From assembly GCA_029838195.1 (NCBI GenBank), contig JALGVJ010000006.1, positions 32,001-96,000 of the forward strand: a stretch of DNA of 64,000 nucleotides, given 5' to 3'. The position numbers and the translations under genes were made by a program. This document shows, in pieces, positions 41,236 through 51,523 of this stretch. The stretch is from Promethearchaeota archaeon (GTDB taxonomy: Archaea > Asgardarchaeota > Lokiarchaeia > Sigyniarchaeales > SOKP01). Under the pieces are notes generated by a model, which saw only the letters and a list, made by a program, of their open reading frames with translations, was not told where the DNA came from and searched no databases. Each line of letters opens with the position of its first letter. Position 1 is the first letter of the stretch.

Positions 41236-42295
41236 TGTAAACCTCCTCCTTTTCTTTTTTTTCTTCAATTTCTGTAAATCTTTTGATGATCTCTCTAATA
41301 TCATTATTAACAGGACAATATTCAATGCATCTGCCACATCCCACGCAACCTAACAGGTCATAATTATTGGGATAATAGCAATATTTATGTAATATCCGGT
41401 TTCGGCATCGCTCAACCTTAGTAGGGCGGGGATTATGACCACTGGTGTGCTGCGTGTATAACTTGAACTGGCACGTATCCCATATCCTTATACGCCTTCC
41501 TCGTTTATTATATTGATCATTTTCATCCAAGACGTCAAAACAATGACACGTGGGACATAAAAATACACAAGACCCACAACTCAAGCATGTATCACTTATT
41601 TCCTTCCAAATCGGATGATCAAAATTGCTGTTTAATATGTCCGGAAGCTTTCCGACATTAACGAGAGGTTTCATGGCTAATTCTGCTTGATTTGATAATT
41701 CCAATGCTTTTTCAAGGTCCTCTTCTTTAGCATGCCCTAATCCCTTGATGTTTCCGAGCACTTCATTTCCTTTTTCCGTGATGCCTTCTACCAGGTATTT
41801 TTTACCTAAATCCACGAGAAAGATATCAACATCTTCTTTATTAAAAGGATGCCCCTGTAAAGAAGTGCAAAAACACGTGCTTCTTGGATGAGTACAAGCC
41901 ATCCCCATGAGAATGGTATTATCCCATTTCTTTAGAAAAAGCTCATCCTTGAATTCCCCGAATCCAAAAAACATGCGCATTAACTGAAATGAATGCGCAT
42001 CACACGGACGTATCCCAAATATGAGTGTTTTTTTCCTTTCTAATTTGGGAGGAATGATTTCAATATCATCATCGCCTACCTGCTTGAATTCAAATAATAT
42101 CTCGACTTTTGGAAAAAGCACTTCTTTAGGGGGAACTTTTGAATTAAAATACTCTAACGCAATTTCCTCTGAGGACGTTATCTCTTTAAACAAAATATTT
42201 CCCTCTACATTTACCGGTGCGAAAATGGTATATTCCTCTTTTAAGGACTCAATCATCTTGCCAATGTTTTCTTTCAACATTATTTTTTCTTTCAT
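41225..42295 (-). CDS. flxB: [4Fe-4S] subunit (FlxB/AsrA-like)
   Basis: GIRPCD, CFCTS, CLSCGSCVFLCPTCHCF, WDTC, CVGCGRCIEYCP. Confidence 0.85.
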   Translation of the reverse strand: MKEKIMLKENIGKMIESLKEEYTIFAPVNVEGNILFKEITSSEEIALEYFNSKVPPKEVLFPKVEILFEFKQVGDDDIEIIPPKLERKKTLIFGIRPCDAHSFQLMRMFFGFGEFKDELFLKKWDNTILMGMACTHPRSTCFCTSLQGHPFNKEDVDIFLVDLGKKYLVEGITEKGNEVLGNIKGLGHAKEEDLEKALELSNQAELAMKPLVNVGKLPDILNSNFDHPIWKEISDTCLSCGSCVFLCPTCHCFDVLDENDQYNKRGRRIRIWDTCQFKLYTQHTSGHNPRPTKVERCRNRILHKYCYYPNNYDLLGCVGCGRCIEYCPVNNDIREIIKRFTEIEEKKEKEEVYIAE

Positions 42296-42324
42296 TTTTC
42301 TAACCCCTCATTTTTTTATTTTTT

Positions 42325-43347
42325 TTACTCTTCCTCTCCCAACATGAATTCTTGATCGTCATTCATATCATATGTCATCATAGGTGGAATAGCCTCAAGA
42401 TCCAAACCAGAAATATAATTAAATCTCCTCTTTACAATTTCTTCTAATTTGCGATTAATGAAATTCAAATTAATTCCCATGGGACAGGCGTTCTGGCATG
42501 CCCCGCAAGCCACACACCTCCCAGCTAAATGCAACGCTCTATTCATGTGAAATATAATGATATCCGCTAATTCTGTAGTCTTTCCAAACCAAACGGGAAG
42601 ATTTTGATCCACGAAACAGTAGTTACAGTAGCACATTGGGCAGATCTCCCGGCAAGCGTAGCACCGGATACAGTTTTTTAGCGCATCCTTAAGGAACTCA
42701 TACTTTTCTTCTGGTGGTTTTGTTTCGTAATCGGTAAGATCATCAAAAGAATATTCAAGAGGCGTGGTTGGTTGAGATTCGCCCACGATATATTGTGACG
42801 TGGAATTTGAAATAGGAGGCGCTTTAATTTTGCACGTCTTGCAGAGCTCACTTAGATATTCTTGAAAGGGCAATTCCACTTCCGTGTCATTGCTTTTGAC
42901 ATAAATAGTATTATCTTTCACGGCTACATCCGTAATTTCAGCGATTCCCATTTCTTTTTTAATTCTGGCTCTATCCAAGATGCCATTGCATGAAATTCCA
43001 ATGATCTTAATATCTTCCATGTCCACCTTTCTTTCCAGGGCAAGTAGAAACACAGCCCTAGCAGTGCATCCTTTCGAGATGATGCCAACTTTTAACTTTA
43101 CGGGTTTTCCTTCCACCATCTTGGTGGGAAACGGAACGAGATATTTTGCCAGATTAATATAGCAAGAATTATTCCAGATTAATTCTTCCACCTCTTCCTC
43201 TTTTCTAATAAAACGAGGTGAACTGGTAAGAGGAAGGGTCCCTTGAGAATATCCAATAATAACATCCACGGTTTTTTCCTTAAGAAGTTTTCTAGCTACT
43301 TCTCTCATTTCTTGCTGTATTTTTTCATTTTCTTGAGCAATATTCAT
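42325..43347 (-). CDS. flxC: [4Fe-4S] subunit (FlxC / FdhB-like)
   Basis: KGCTAR, CKTC, CIRCYACREICPMCYC..CF, RALHLAGRCVACGACQNACP. Confidence 0.83.
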   Translation of the reverse strand: MNIAQENEKIQQEMREVARKLLKEKTVDVIIGYSQGTLPLTSSPRFIRKEEEVEELIWNNSCYINLAKYLVPFPTKMVEGKPVKLKVGIISKGCTARAVFLLALERKVDMEDIKIIGISCNGILDRARIKKEMGIAEITDVAVKDNTIYVKSNDTEVELPFQEYLSELCKTCKIKAPPISNSTSQYIVGESQPTTPLEYSFDDLTDYETKPPEEKYEFLKDALKNCIRCYACREICPMCYCNYCFVDQNLPVWFGKTTELADIIIFHMNRALHLAGRCVACGACQNACPMGINLNFINRKLEEIVKRRFNYISGLDLEAIPPMMTYDMNDDQEFMLGEEE

Positions 43348-43353
43348 GATTCT

Positions 43354-43809
43354 TTACCACCTCTTTTTAAATTGATCATTGGGTCCTAATTTCTTGATGA
43401 TTTCCGTGGCTTTCGTGACTAATTCAGCAAATCTTTCTCCTTCAGCTGCTGATGCCCACATGAATTGTACGCGTCCCGATGGAATGCCAAAATAGTCCAA
43501 TAAATCATGCAAAATCGCAAATCTCCGGCGCGCTACGAGATTTCCGGAGATATAATGGCAATCTCCAGGATGGCAGCCTGAAACGATGACTCCATCCCAT
43601 CCATCCACTAAGCTTTTAATTATGAAAAAAGGATTAATTCGTCCAGAGCAAGGGACTCGAACAATCCTGATACTGGGTGGATATTGGATTCGGCTCACGC
43701 CAGCAAGGTCTGCGCCTGCATAAGAACACCAATTGCATAAAAACGCAATTATTTTTGGCTCCCAAGGAGCTTCTTTTTCTTCTGTTCTTTCTACTACTTT
43801 TTCGGTCAT
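43354..43809 (-). CDS. mvhD: MvhD/FlxD [2Fe-2S] subunit
   Basis: FLCNWCSYAGADLAG, CSGR, GCHPGDCHY, WASAAEG. Confidence 0.95.
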   Translation of the reverse strand: MTEKVVERTEEKEAPWEPKIIAFLCNWCSYAGADLAGVSRIQYPPSIRIVRVPCSGRINPFFIIKSLVDGWDGVIVSGCHPGDCHYISGNLVARRRFAILHDLLDYFGIPSGRVQFMWASAAEGERFAELVTKATEIIKKLGPNDQFKKRW

Positions 43810-43811
43810 GT

Positions 43812-46800
43812 TTACATCCTCCCTGTTATCATTGCATGAATTTGCTGGGCTGTAAACCCAAATACATCAATTGCCGAGCTCCTGCAGCTGCCAGAGCAAA
43901 GTCCACAGCCCTTGCAAAGAGCTTCGTTAATGGAGGCGATCAGGCCGAACCGCCTATCCTCTACCAATTCGATAGCATTATATGCACAGATTTCGACGCA
44001 CATTCCGCATCCAGAGCAGCGTTCTGCGATGACACGGGCCACTTTTCCTTCTGCCTCGATTTCCTCCTTGGATAGAATCGTGCACGCTCTCGACACGGCG
44101 GCATTGGCTTGGGCAATGGAATCTTCAATGGGCTTTGGACAGTGAGCCAATCCCGCCACGAACACGCCTTCGGTTGCAAAATCAACGGGCCGAAGCTTCA
44201 CGTGAGCTTCCAAGAAGAATTTATCGTCATTAAGCGGCACTTTCAGCATTTTTGCGAGCTCTTCATTTTCTTTTGCGGGAGCTTCAATTCCCACGCTTAA
44301 CACCAAGAGGTCAGCTTTGATGCCAACCTTGCCCAATTTTGGATTTTCTACCTCCACTTTCAACCATTCACCATCTCGGGAGACGTGCGGAGGATTTTTT
44401 TCATCGTATCGAATGAACACCACGCCGTTTTCCCTTGCTTTCCGATAATACAGCTCTTTAAAACCATAGGTGCGAATATCTCGATACAATATCACGATCT
44501 CCGCGGAAGGGTTCAATTCCTTGGCGCAAAGTGCGTTCTTGATCGCTTCTGCACAACACATCTTGCTGCAATAGGGATGCTCTTCATTTCTCGACCCTAC
44601 GCATTGGATCATCACGATTGTCTTTTTATCTTTAATTTCATCTGTTTTATTAAGCAAGTATTCAAATTCCGACTGCGTGATCACGCTCATGTCTTGCCCT
44701 GCCATGTATTCTTTTGGTTTATATTCGCGTGCTCCCGTTGCCACGATGATGACGCCATGTTCCACTTCTTCGTTCTTGCGATCTTTCCCGTGCACTAAAT
44801 ACGTTTTAAAATTCCCGATGTATCCATCGATAGTTTCTATGTCTGCCTCCGTAAATACATGAATGAGTTCATGAGAGGTGACGTGCTCGATCAAGTCGCT
44901 CAAATAGGCCTGCACGTCCTTGCCCTCTAGTGTGGTAAAAATGTTTCGAGCGTGGCCTCCCAAGTGTTCATTCTTTTCCACCAAATATGTTTCATATCCT
45001 TGTTCGGCACAATTCAGCGCCGCCACCATCCCCGCAATGCCGCCACCAATAACCAGGACCTTGGGCGTGACCTTTAACTTGATCCTGTCTAAGGGCACGA
45101 TGTTGCGTGCCTTGTTTACCGCCATCCTCACCAAATCTTTTGCTTTCTCCGTTGCTTCTTTCGGCTGCATCATGTGGACCCAAGAACATTGATCCCGAAT
45201 GTTGGCCATTTGAAACAAGTATCGATTCAAGCCAGCTTCCCTGATGGTTTCTTGAAATAAGGGTTCGTGTGTCCTTGGCGTGCAGGACGCCACGATAACC
45301 CGATTCAAGTTATACTCTTGAATTTTTTCCTTTATGATCTGCTGCGTATCGGCAGAACATGTGTACAAATTCTGATCTGCTAACACCACGTTAGGAAGTG
45401 TTTTGGCATATCGCACGACCTCGGGAACGTCCACCACGCCACCAATATTGATTCCACAATGGCATATGAACACCCCTATTCTTGGGGGTTGCCCTGATAC
45501 ATAAATTTCTGGAGGCAACATCTTTTCCGTTATTAAAGTACCGCGTTTCTCATATAATAACGCATTCACGCAACCCGCCGCCGCACTTGCTTGTGTCACC
45601 GTTTCCGGGATGTCTTTTGGTGATACGAACGCTCCACAGGCAAATATCCCTTCCCTTGACGTATGAACCGGATTGAACACCTCTGTCTTCACAAAATTAA
45701 ACTCATTCAACTCCACGCCAAATTTTTCTGCCAAGTATTTTGCATCCCTCGGCGGATTCAACCCTACCGCTAACACCACCATGTTAAATACCTCCTCTAC
45801 GATGCTTCCATCCTCTGCTTCATAGGTGAGCTTTAAATCCTTCGTTTCCGGCACTTCCGTAATCGAAGACACTCGACTGCGAATGTAGCGAACTCCATAC
45901 TCCTCCTTCGCCCGCTCTATATACTTGTCAAAATCCTTCCCATACGCTCGAATGTCCATGGAGAAAATTGTCGGCTCCACTTGATGCATGTGCTCTTTTG
46001 CTATTACCGCCTCCTTCGCCGTGTACATGCAACACACGCTCGAACAATACGGCTGCCCTTCCCTTAAATCTCTTGAGCCCACGCACTGCAAGAAGGCGAT
46101 CTTCACGGGAACGTCTCCATCCGAGGGGCGAAGAATTTTCCCCGAATACGGCCCGCTCGCACTTAAAATCCTCTCGAATTCTATGCTCGTGACCACGTTC
46201 TTATACGTTCCATAGCCTAACCTTTTTACGGCTGTTGGCACGAACTCATCAAATCCAGGGGCTAAAATTACTGCTCCCACGTTTATATCAATGATCTCAT
46301 CTTCCCTATCATATTCCACCGCTTCAGCCCTACACACGCCCTTGCAGATCCCGCACCCAATGCAGAATTCCCGATTAATAGCATATATTAACGGAACTGC
46401 TTGAGGGTATTTCACGGAAGTTGCTTTATTCTTGGCTAGTCCTTCATTAAAAATGTCGATAGCTTCAACGGGACAATTTTGTCCACAGACGCCGCATCCC
46501 GTGCATTTATCGGGATTAATGAATAAAGATTTTTTTCGAATTTTTATTTTGAAATTACCCGCTTCACCCGTCACCTTTATAATTTCTGTATTTATGTGTA
46601 GGTCAATGTTTTGGTGACGCCCTGTCTCAACCAACTTTGGGCTTACAATACACATAGCACAATCATTAGTTGGGAAGGTTTTATCGAGTTGAGCCATTAC
46701 TCCGCCAATGCTGGTAGTAATTTCGATCAGATGAACTTTGAACCCGGCATCAGCAAGGTCAAGGGCGGCTTGGCATCCACCTATACCTCCCCCTACAACC

Positions 46801-46823
46801 AAAACAGCTCCAACTTTGTCCAT
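43812..46823 (-). CDS. hdrA: Large HdrA-like flavoprotein with two FAD modules
   Basis: Two GGGxxG motifs, LDKTFPTNDCAMC, CVGSR..CSSVCC, internal RIGVFICHCG..CTPRTHE..NIRDQCSWVH, C-terminal 2x[4Fe-4S]. Confidence 0.94.
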   Translation of the reverse strand: MDKVGAVLVVGGGIGGCQAALDLADAGFKVHLIEITTSIGGVMAQLDKTFPTNDCAMCIVSPKLVETGRHQNIDLHINTEIIKVTGEAGNFKIKIRKKSLFINPDKCTGCGVCGQNCPVEAIDIFNEGLAKNKATSVKYPQAVPLIYAINREFCIGCGICKGVCRAEAVEYDREDEIIDINVGAVILAPGFDEFVPTAVKRLGYGTYKNVVTSIEFERILSASGPYSGKILRPSDGDVPVKIAFLQCVGSRDLREGQPYCSSVCCMYTAKEAVIAKEHMHQVEPTIFSMDIRAYGKDFDKYIERAKEEYGVRYIRSRVSSITEVPETKDLKLTYEAEDGSIVEEVFNMVVLAVGLNPPRDAKYLAEKFGVELNEFNFVKTEVFNPVHTSREGIFACGAFVSPKDIPETVTQASAAAGCVNALLYEKRGTLITEKMLPPEIYVSGQPPRIGVFICHCGINIGGVVDVPEVVRYAKTLPNVVLADQNLYTCSADTQQIIKEKIQEYNLNRVIVASCTPRTHEPLFQETIREAGLNRYLFQMANIRDQCSWVHMMQPKEATEKAKDLVRMAVNKARNIVPLDRIKLKVTPKVLVIGGGIAGMVAALNCAEQGYETYLVEKNEHLGGHARNIFTTLEGKDVQAYLSDLIEHVTSHELIHVFTEADIETIDGYIGNFKTYLVHGKDRKNEEVEHGVIIVATGAREYKPKEYMAGQDMSVITQSEFEYLLNKTDEIKDKKTIVMIQCVGSRNEEHPYCSKMCCAEAIKNALCAKELNPSAEIVILYRDIRTYGFKELYYRKARENGVVFIRYDEKNPPHVSRDGEWLKVEVENPKLGKVGIKADLLVLSVGIEAPAKENEELAKMLKVPLNDDKFFLEAHVKLRPVDFATEGVFVAGLAHCPKPIEDSIAQANAAVSRACTILSKEEIEAEGKVARVIAERCSGCGMCVEICAYNAIELVEDRRFGLIASINEALCKGCGLCSGSCRSSAIDVFGFTAQQIHAMITGRM

Positions 46824-47600
46824 TTATTCCATCACCTCCATTAAGCTCACGTATATTGGAGTATTTTCAATAATTTGTTCCATGGTAACCGTACCTCGAT
46901 TTTTTAAGACGATAATGTTATCTAACACTTCGCTGGGATCAAGTTGAAGTTCCGTGGCTAATTCTTTTACGGATTTAGGACTTTCTTGTAAGGCAAGTTG
47001 AATCCGGGCGCGGTGATATTCATCGAGAACGGTTTGAGTTAATAATTGGTCAAATTCTTCGGGGGGAATTTTTTCACCATAGACATTTTCATTTTGAGTG
47101 ATATCTCGTTCTCTCCCCACGAGTGCCCGAATTCGGTAGCTGGTGGCAGCGAGCTTGATGGCTTTCAGCTTTGGTCTCAATTCTCTTGCGAGTTGTTCAT
47201 CTTTTAGAGGAGTTGGGCCAAGATTCTTGATTTGTTCCGTGAAATGGGAGATTACCTCAGCGAACCGGCTACCTTCCGAGGCAGATACCCATTCCAAGTG
47301 AACTCGTTGGTCCATGTGTAGTAATTTTAGGAATTTTTGGACCATGTGAAATTTCATTTCCGCTTCGTAATTTCCTTCGAGATAGTGACAATCGCCTGGA
47401 TGACATCCCATAACAATGACCCCGTCAAGACCGGTGAGCAGTCCTTCGAAAATGAATTCAGGGTCCACCCGTCCGCTGCACATGACGCGAATGACGCGAA
47501 GATTCGGAGGGTATTGAATGCGGCTCACGCCAGCAAGGTCTGCGCCGGCATAGGAGCACCAATTGCATAAGAATCCTAAAATTTTTGGTTCAAAACTCAT
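46824..47600 (-). CDS. mvhD: MvhD-like subunit fused to a C-terminal winged-helix-like domain
   Basis: MvhD motifs in residues 1-130; C-terminal RIQLALQESPKSVKELATELQLDPSEVLDNIIVLKNRGTV reads as a wHTH. Confidence 0.88.
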   Translation of the reverse strand: MSFEPKILGFLCNWCSYAGADLAGVSRIQYPPNLRVIRVMCSGRVDPEFIFEGLLTGLDGVIVMGCHPGDCHYLEGNYEAEMKFHMVQKFLKLLHMDQRVHLEWVSASEGSRFAEVISHFTEQIKNLGPTPLKDEQLARELRPKLKAIKLAATSYRIRALVGRERDITQNENVYGEKIPPEEFDQLLTQTVLDEYHRARIQLALQESPKSVKELATELQLDPSEVLDNIIVLKNRGTVTMEQIIENTPIYVSLMEVME

Positions 47601-49282
47601 GTTATTTCAGGACCTCCGAGAGCATGGATTTCAGATAAAATTTGATCATTCGTGAAGTGTTTAATGACGATAGCTTTTTGTGGGCAACTTGCGGCACACG
47701 TTCCACAACCCTTGCATAGGGCTTCAATGATGAGGATTTGAGCATCCTCATCCTTTTGAATGGCATTAAATGGGCAAATTTTAACGCAGATTTCACATCC
47801 CACGCATAAATTTTTATTCCAGTCGGGTAAGAATGCCGTGTTGCCTTCTACTTTAATGGTTTCTTGAGAGAGTACCGTGGCAGCTCTTGCGGCAGCGGCA
47901 TGTCCTTGCGAGATGGCTTCTGCGATGGTAGCAGGCCATTTTGCAGAACCGCACACGTAAACGCCGTCGGTTGCAAAATCATTCGGGCGTAGTTTCACGT
48001 GAGCCTCTAGGAAGAAATTTTTTTCTTCGAGAGGTACTTTTAGTAATTGAGCGAGATTTTTATTTTGAGGGCTTGCGATGAGGGGCGTGGAGAGGACTAA
48101 AAGGTCATAGGGAATGGACATGATTTCACCAATATATTCATTAAACACGTCCACGTGGTCTTCTTCCACGACGAGCTCTTTTTCGGGGGAGTATCTAATA
48201 AAGAGAATGCCGCTTTCTCTTGCTCGCCTATAATATTCTTCGCCCTCGATGCCAGGAGTATAGAGATTTCTAAACAAGATGATGATATTTCTATCCGGAT
48301 TGCGTTCTTTCAAAATGAGAGCATTTTTTAGGGCGCTCATGCAGCATACATTTGAGCAATAAGTTCTTTCTTCATTACGTGCACCAACGCATTGAATCAT
48401 CACGATATTTTTAGCCTTAACCGTTCCTTCTTTTAAGAATCGTTCTAATTCCAGTTGGGTGATTCTAATTTTTCCATCATAGCCGAAGAGATTGAAAGGC
48501 GTGAGATTCACGGCGCCCACTGCCACGATGATGGCTCCTACGTTCACCGTTCGAGGAGTTCCATCGTGGTTCATGGATACTGTAAAATTGCCGATGTAGC
48601 CATTGATATCCTCCACCACGGCTTTAGTATAAACGGTCAAATTTTTAGCATTTTGAATTTTTTCCTTGTAATCTTTTAAAAGAGTGGCAGCTTCAACCTC
48701 TTTTGGAAACGTTTTATAGAGTGATGTTAGCAGGCCGCCGAGTTCGTCTTCTTTTTCGATCAAGTAGGTTTCATACCCTTGATTATTAAGACTGAGAGCC
48801 GCAGCCATGCCTGCAATGCCTCCGCCAATGACTAAAGCGGAGGGATGAATTTCTATGAGGATATCTTCTAAAGGTTCGAGTTTAGCAGCTTTTGAAACGC
48901 CCATACGAATCAAATCGATGGCTTTATTGAATGCTGCTTCGGGGTTTTTCATGTGCACCCAGGTGCATTGTTCTCGTATGTTTACGAATTGAAACAAATA
49001 AGGATTTAATCCTACCTCCCGAATGGTTTCTCGAAATAAAGGTTCATGAGTACGAGGAGTACACGAGCATACCACGACGCGGTTCAAATCATGCTCCTCT
49101 ACTGCCTTTTTTATATTAGTCAACCCTGTTTCGGAGCATGTGTATAAATTATCTTCCGTATAAACGACATTAGGGAATTCTCTTGCTTTTTCTGCCAATT
49201 TCTTGCAATCTATTAAACCTCCAATATTGGAGCCACAATGACAAACAAAAACACCAATTCTGGGCTCCATTTCTTCATCCAT
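47597..49282 (-). CDS. hdrA: HdrA-like flavoprotein (matches the C-terminal half of the 1003 aa HdrA)
   Basis: RIGVFVCHCG, CTPRTHE, GGGIAG, CVGAR..CSNVCC, FLEAHVKLRP, C-terminal ferredoxin. Confidence 0.92.
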   Translation of the reverse strand: MDEEMEPRIGVFVCHCGSNIGGLIDCKKLAEKAREFPNVVYTEDNLYTCSETGLTNIKKAVEEHDLNRVVVCSCTPRTHEPLFRETIREVGLNPYLFQFVNIREQCTWVHMKNPEAAFNKAIDLIRMGVSKAAKLEPLEDILIEIHPSALVIGGGIAGMAAALSLNNQGYETYLIEKEDELGGLLTSLYKTFPKEVEAATLLKDYKEKIQNAKNLTVYTKAVVEDINGYIGNFTVSMNHDGTPRTVNVGAIIVAVGAVNLTPFNLFGYDGKIRITQLELERFLKEGTVKAKNIVMIQCVGARNEERTYCSNVCCMSALKNALILKERNPDRNIIILFRNLYTPGIEGEEYYRRARESGILFIRYSPEKELVVEEDHVDVFNEYIGEIMSIPYDLLVLSTPLIASPQNKNLAQLLKVPLEEKNFFLEAHVKLRPNDFATDGVYVCGSAKWPATIAEAISQGHAAAARAATVLSQETIKVEGNTAFLPDWNKNLCVGCEICVKICPFNAIQKDEDAQILIIEALCKGCGTCAASCPQKAIVIKHFTNDQILSEIHALGGPEIT

Positions 49283-49288
49283 TTTAAT

Positions 49289-50593
49289 TCATCCACCTCC
49301 ATTTATGATTTCAGCAATTTTTCCCGCAGCAGCACTTCCTTCTGCAACAGATGTCGGAATATCCATGGGAGCATGAGAACATCCGCAAGCAAAAATCCCT
49401 TCTCGACTGGTGAGAATGGGAAAATAAGGATCGGTCTCAATAAATGAATGTTGGTTCAATCTAATATTTAATACTTCCGCAATTTCCTTGGTGCCTTGCG
49501 AAGGAATGATGCACGTGGAGAGCACGACTAAATCTACTTTTAACTGCTTAATTTCGTCAGTATCCAAATTCTCATACGTGAGGATGGGATTTTCCTCTTC
49601 ATCCACTTGAATTTCATTCACCTTGCTCTTGATGTACTTGATGTTATATTCTTCAGCACCACGTTTAAGGAATTTTTGAAAATGCTTGCCGCCCGCACGC
49701 AAATCGATATAAAAAACGAATGATTCTATTTCATTATCATGTTCGTGAGCAATCATGGCTTCCTTCGTGGAATACATGCAGCATATCGAGGAACAATAGG
49801 GATGACTCCTCACGTTTCGAGAGCCCACGCATTGAAGGAAGGCGATTCGTTTCGGATCCCTTCCATCAGATAAGCGCCGCAAGTGTCCTCCTTGGGGACC
49901 AGACGCGCATATTAATCTTTCAAATTCTAATCCCGTTACCACGTTTCTAAATTTCTTGTATCCATAGCTACCAAGAGGATTAATATCTTCCAACACATCA
50001 TATCCCGTGGCAACAAGGATTGCGCCTACATTTGATAACGTGATGATTTCATCTTGTTGATCAAAATCGATGGCTTGGCGTTCGCAATTTTTTTCACATA
50101 TCCTACAAGCATTTTTTGTAAACCATAAACAATGCTCCTTGTCAATTGTCATGATCGCAGGAACGCCTTGTAGATAATACATGTAAATTGCCTTGCGCTT
50201 CTTGAGGTACCGATCAAACTCGTCATCCACCCGCATTGGACACTTTTCAGCGCAGACGCCGCAATTAATGCAAGCATCTTCCTTGACGTAGCGTGCGTGC
50301 TTGAGAATCTTTACGGTAAAATTTCCCGCTTCCCCATCCACTTCTTGTACATCAGAATATGCATGGAGGGTAATTAAGGGATGTCGTGCACACTCTGATA
50401 ACTTTGGGGCTAATATACAAATAGAACAGTCATTCGTGGGAAAAGTCTTATCCAATTGAGCCATCCGGCCTCCGATGCATGGTTTTTTCTCCACCAAATC
50501 CACTTTAATTCCCATGTTAGCAAGATCTAAAGCGGATTGAATGCCTGCAATCCCTCCTCCAATTATTAAAGCGCTTTTTGATTTTTTTAACAC
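49289..50593 (-). CDS. hdrA: HdrA-like flavoprotein (matches the N-terminal half of the 1003 aa HdrA)
   Basis: GGGIAG, LDKTFPTNDCSIC, inserted ferredoxin, CVGSR..CSSICC, DIPTSVAEGSAAA. Confidence 0.92.
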   Translation of the reverse strand: MLKKSKSALIIGGGIAGIQSALDLANMGIKVDLVEKKPCIGGRMAQLDKTFPTNDCSICILAPKLSECARHPLITLHAYSDVQEVDGEAGNFTVKILKHARYVKEDACINCGVCAEKCPMRVDDEFDRYLKKRKAIYMYYLQGVPAIMTIDKEHCLWFTKNACRICEKNCERQAIDFDQQDEIITLSNVGAILVATGYDVLEDINPLGSYGYKKFRNVVTGLEFERLICASGPQGGHLRRLSDGRDPKRIAFLQCVGSRNVRSHPYCSSICCMYSTKEAMIAHEHDNEIESFVFYIDLRAGGKHFQKFLKRGAEEYNIKYIKSKVNEIQVDEEENPILTYENLDTDEIKQLKVDLVVLSTCIIPSQGTKEIAEVLNIRLNQHSFIETDPYFPILTSREGIFACGCSHAPMDIPTSVAEGSAAAGKIAEIINGGG

Positions 50594-50648
50594 GTTCCAA
50601 ACCTCCTTTTTTTATTTCTTTTAAAACATTTTTTAACATTCATCCTCC

Positions 50649-51521
50649 TCACTGTGGAAAGCCAATTTCTTCAAAAAACGCTTTAGTTCGCATGCGGTGG
50701 AAATTCAAACCGATTTCTTGAGGAGTATAACCGAACGCCAAGGCAATTAATTCCGAAAGGTAAAATACCGGAAAATTATAATTCGAATTATTCCTTTTAT
50801 TCAATTCATTTTGATTGAAATCATATTGTTGGTAACATGCGGGGCAGACAACTGTCACGCAATTTGCTCCTGCTTTTTGAATGGATTTTAATTTATTATC
50901 GATCATCAAAAGGGATAAATCCTTATCCGATTTATCCACCGGATTTCCACAACACTCTAATTTCAAATCATAAGGGATGGATTCCGCGCCCAATGCATTT
51001 ACAATATCATCAAGAGTATTCGGCTCAAAGGGATCATCCCCTTGAATGATGTCTGAGGGTCTTAAATAATGACATCCATAATGCACTGCCACTTTAAATC
51101 CCGTCAATGGTTTTTCCACTTTTTCTCTCAATAAATCCAAATTCTCATGAATGACTTGAGCAAAATGCTTCACGCTCGTTTTTCCATCATATTTTCGTCC
51201 AACTTCCTTTAAAATAGCGTTTACTTCTTCTTTCACTTCGGGATCCTTGTTGATGTAATAATTGACTCCCTTCAAGGTTTCCACGCAGCCCGAGCAAAAA
51301 GAAATGATCCCTCCATTTTCCGATAAACTTAAATTTCGGGCGCCCAATGCCAACCAAGTCTCATGATCTATCTGTTCGACGCCCGTGGGATCGGGACAAC
51401 AACTAAATCCTTCAATGTCGTTTAATTCAATTCCCAGCTTTTCACATACTTTTCGGGAAGAAGCCTCCAAAAAAGGAAATCGCGCGGGAATCACGCACCC
51501 CAAAAACACGTCATATCCCAT
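50649..51521 (-). CDS. hdrB: Heterodisulfide reductase subunit B
   Basis: Two CCG domains: FLGC, SCCP, CSGC, HYGCH, CCG, CPAC. Confidence 0.95.
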   Translation of the reverse strand: MGYDVFLGCVIPARFPFLEASSRKVCEKLGIELNDIEGFSCCPDPTGVEQIDHETWLALGARNLSLSENGGIISFCSGCVETLKGVNYYINKDPEVKEEVNAILKEVGRKYDGKTSVKHFAQVIHENLDLLREKVEKPLTGFKVAVHYGCHYLRPSDIIQGDDPFEPNTLDDIVNALGAESIPYDLKLECCGNPVDKSDKDLSLLMIDNKLKSIQKAGANCVTVVCPACYQQYDFNQNELNKRNNSNYNFPVFYLSELIALAFGYTPQEIGLNFHRMRTKAFFEEIGFPQ

Positions 51522-51523
51522 TT

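Noticed and set aside
41236-41337. N-terminal 34 aa of the 314 aa ORF (MADALN...KKKKKRRRF)
   Set aside because: Overlaps flxB by over 100 nt; a TTG with a strong AGGAGGAGGT RBS at 41235 gives a normal FlxA start
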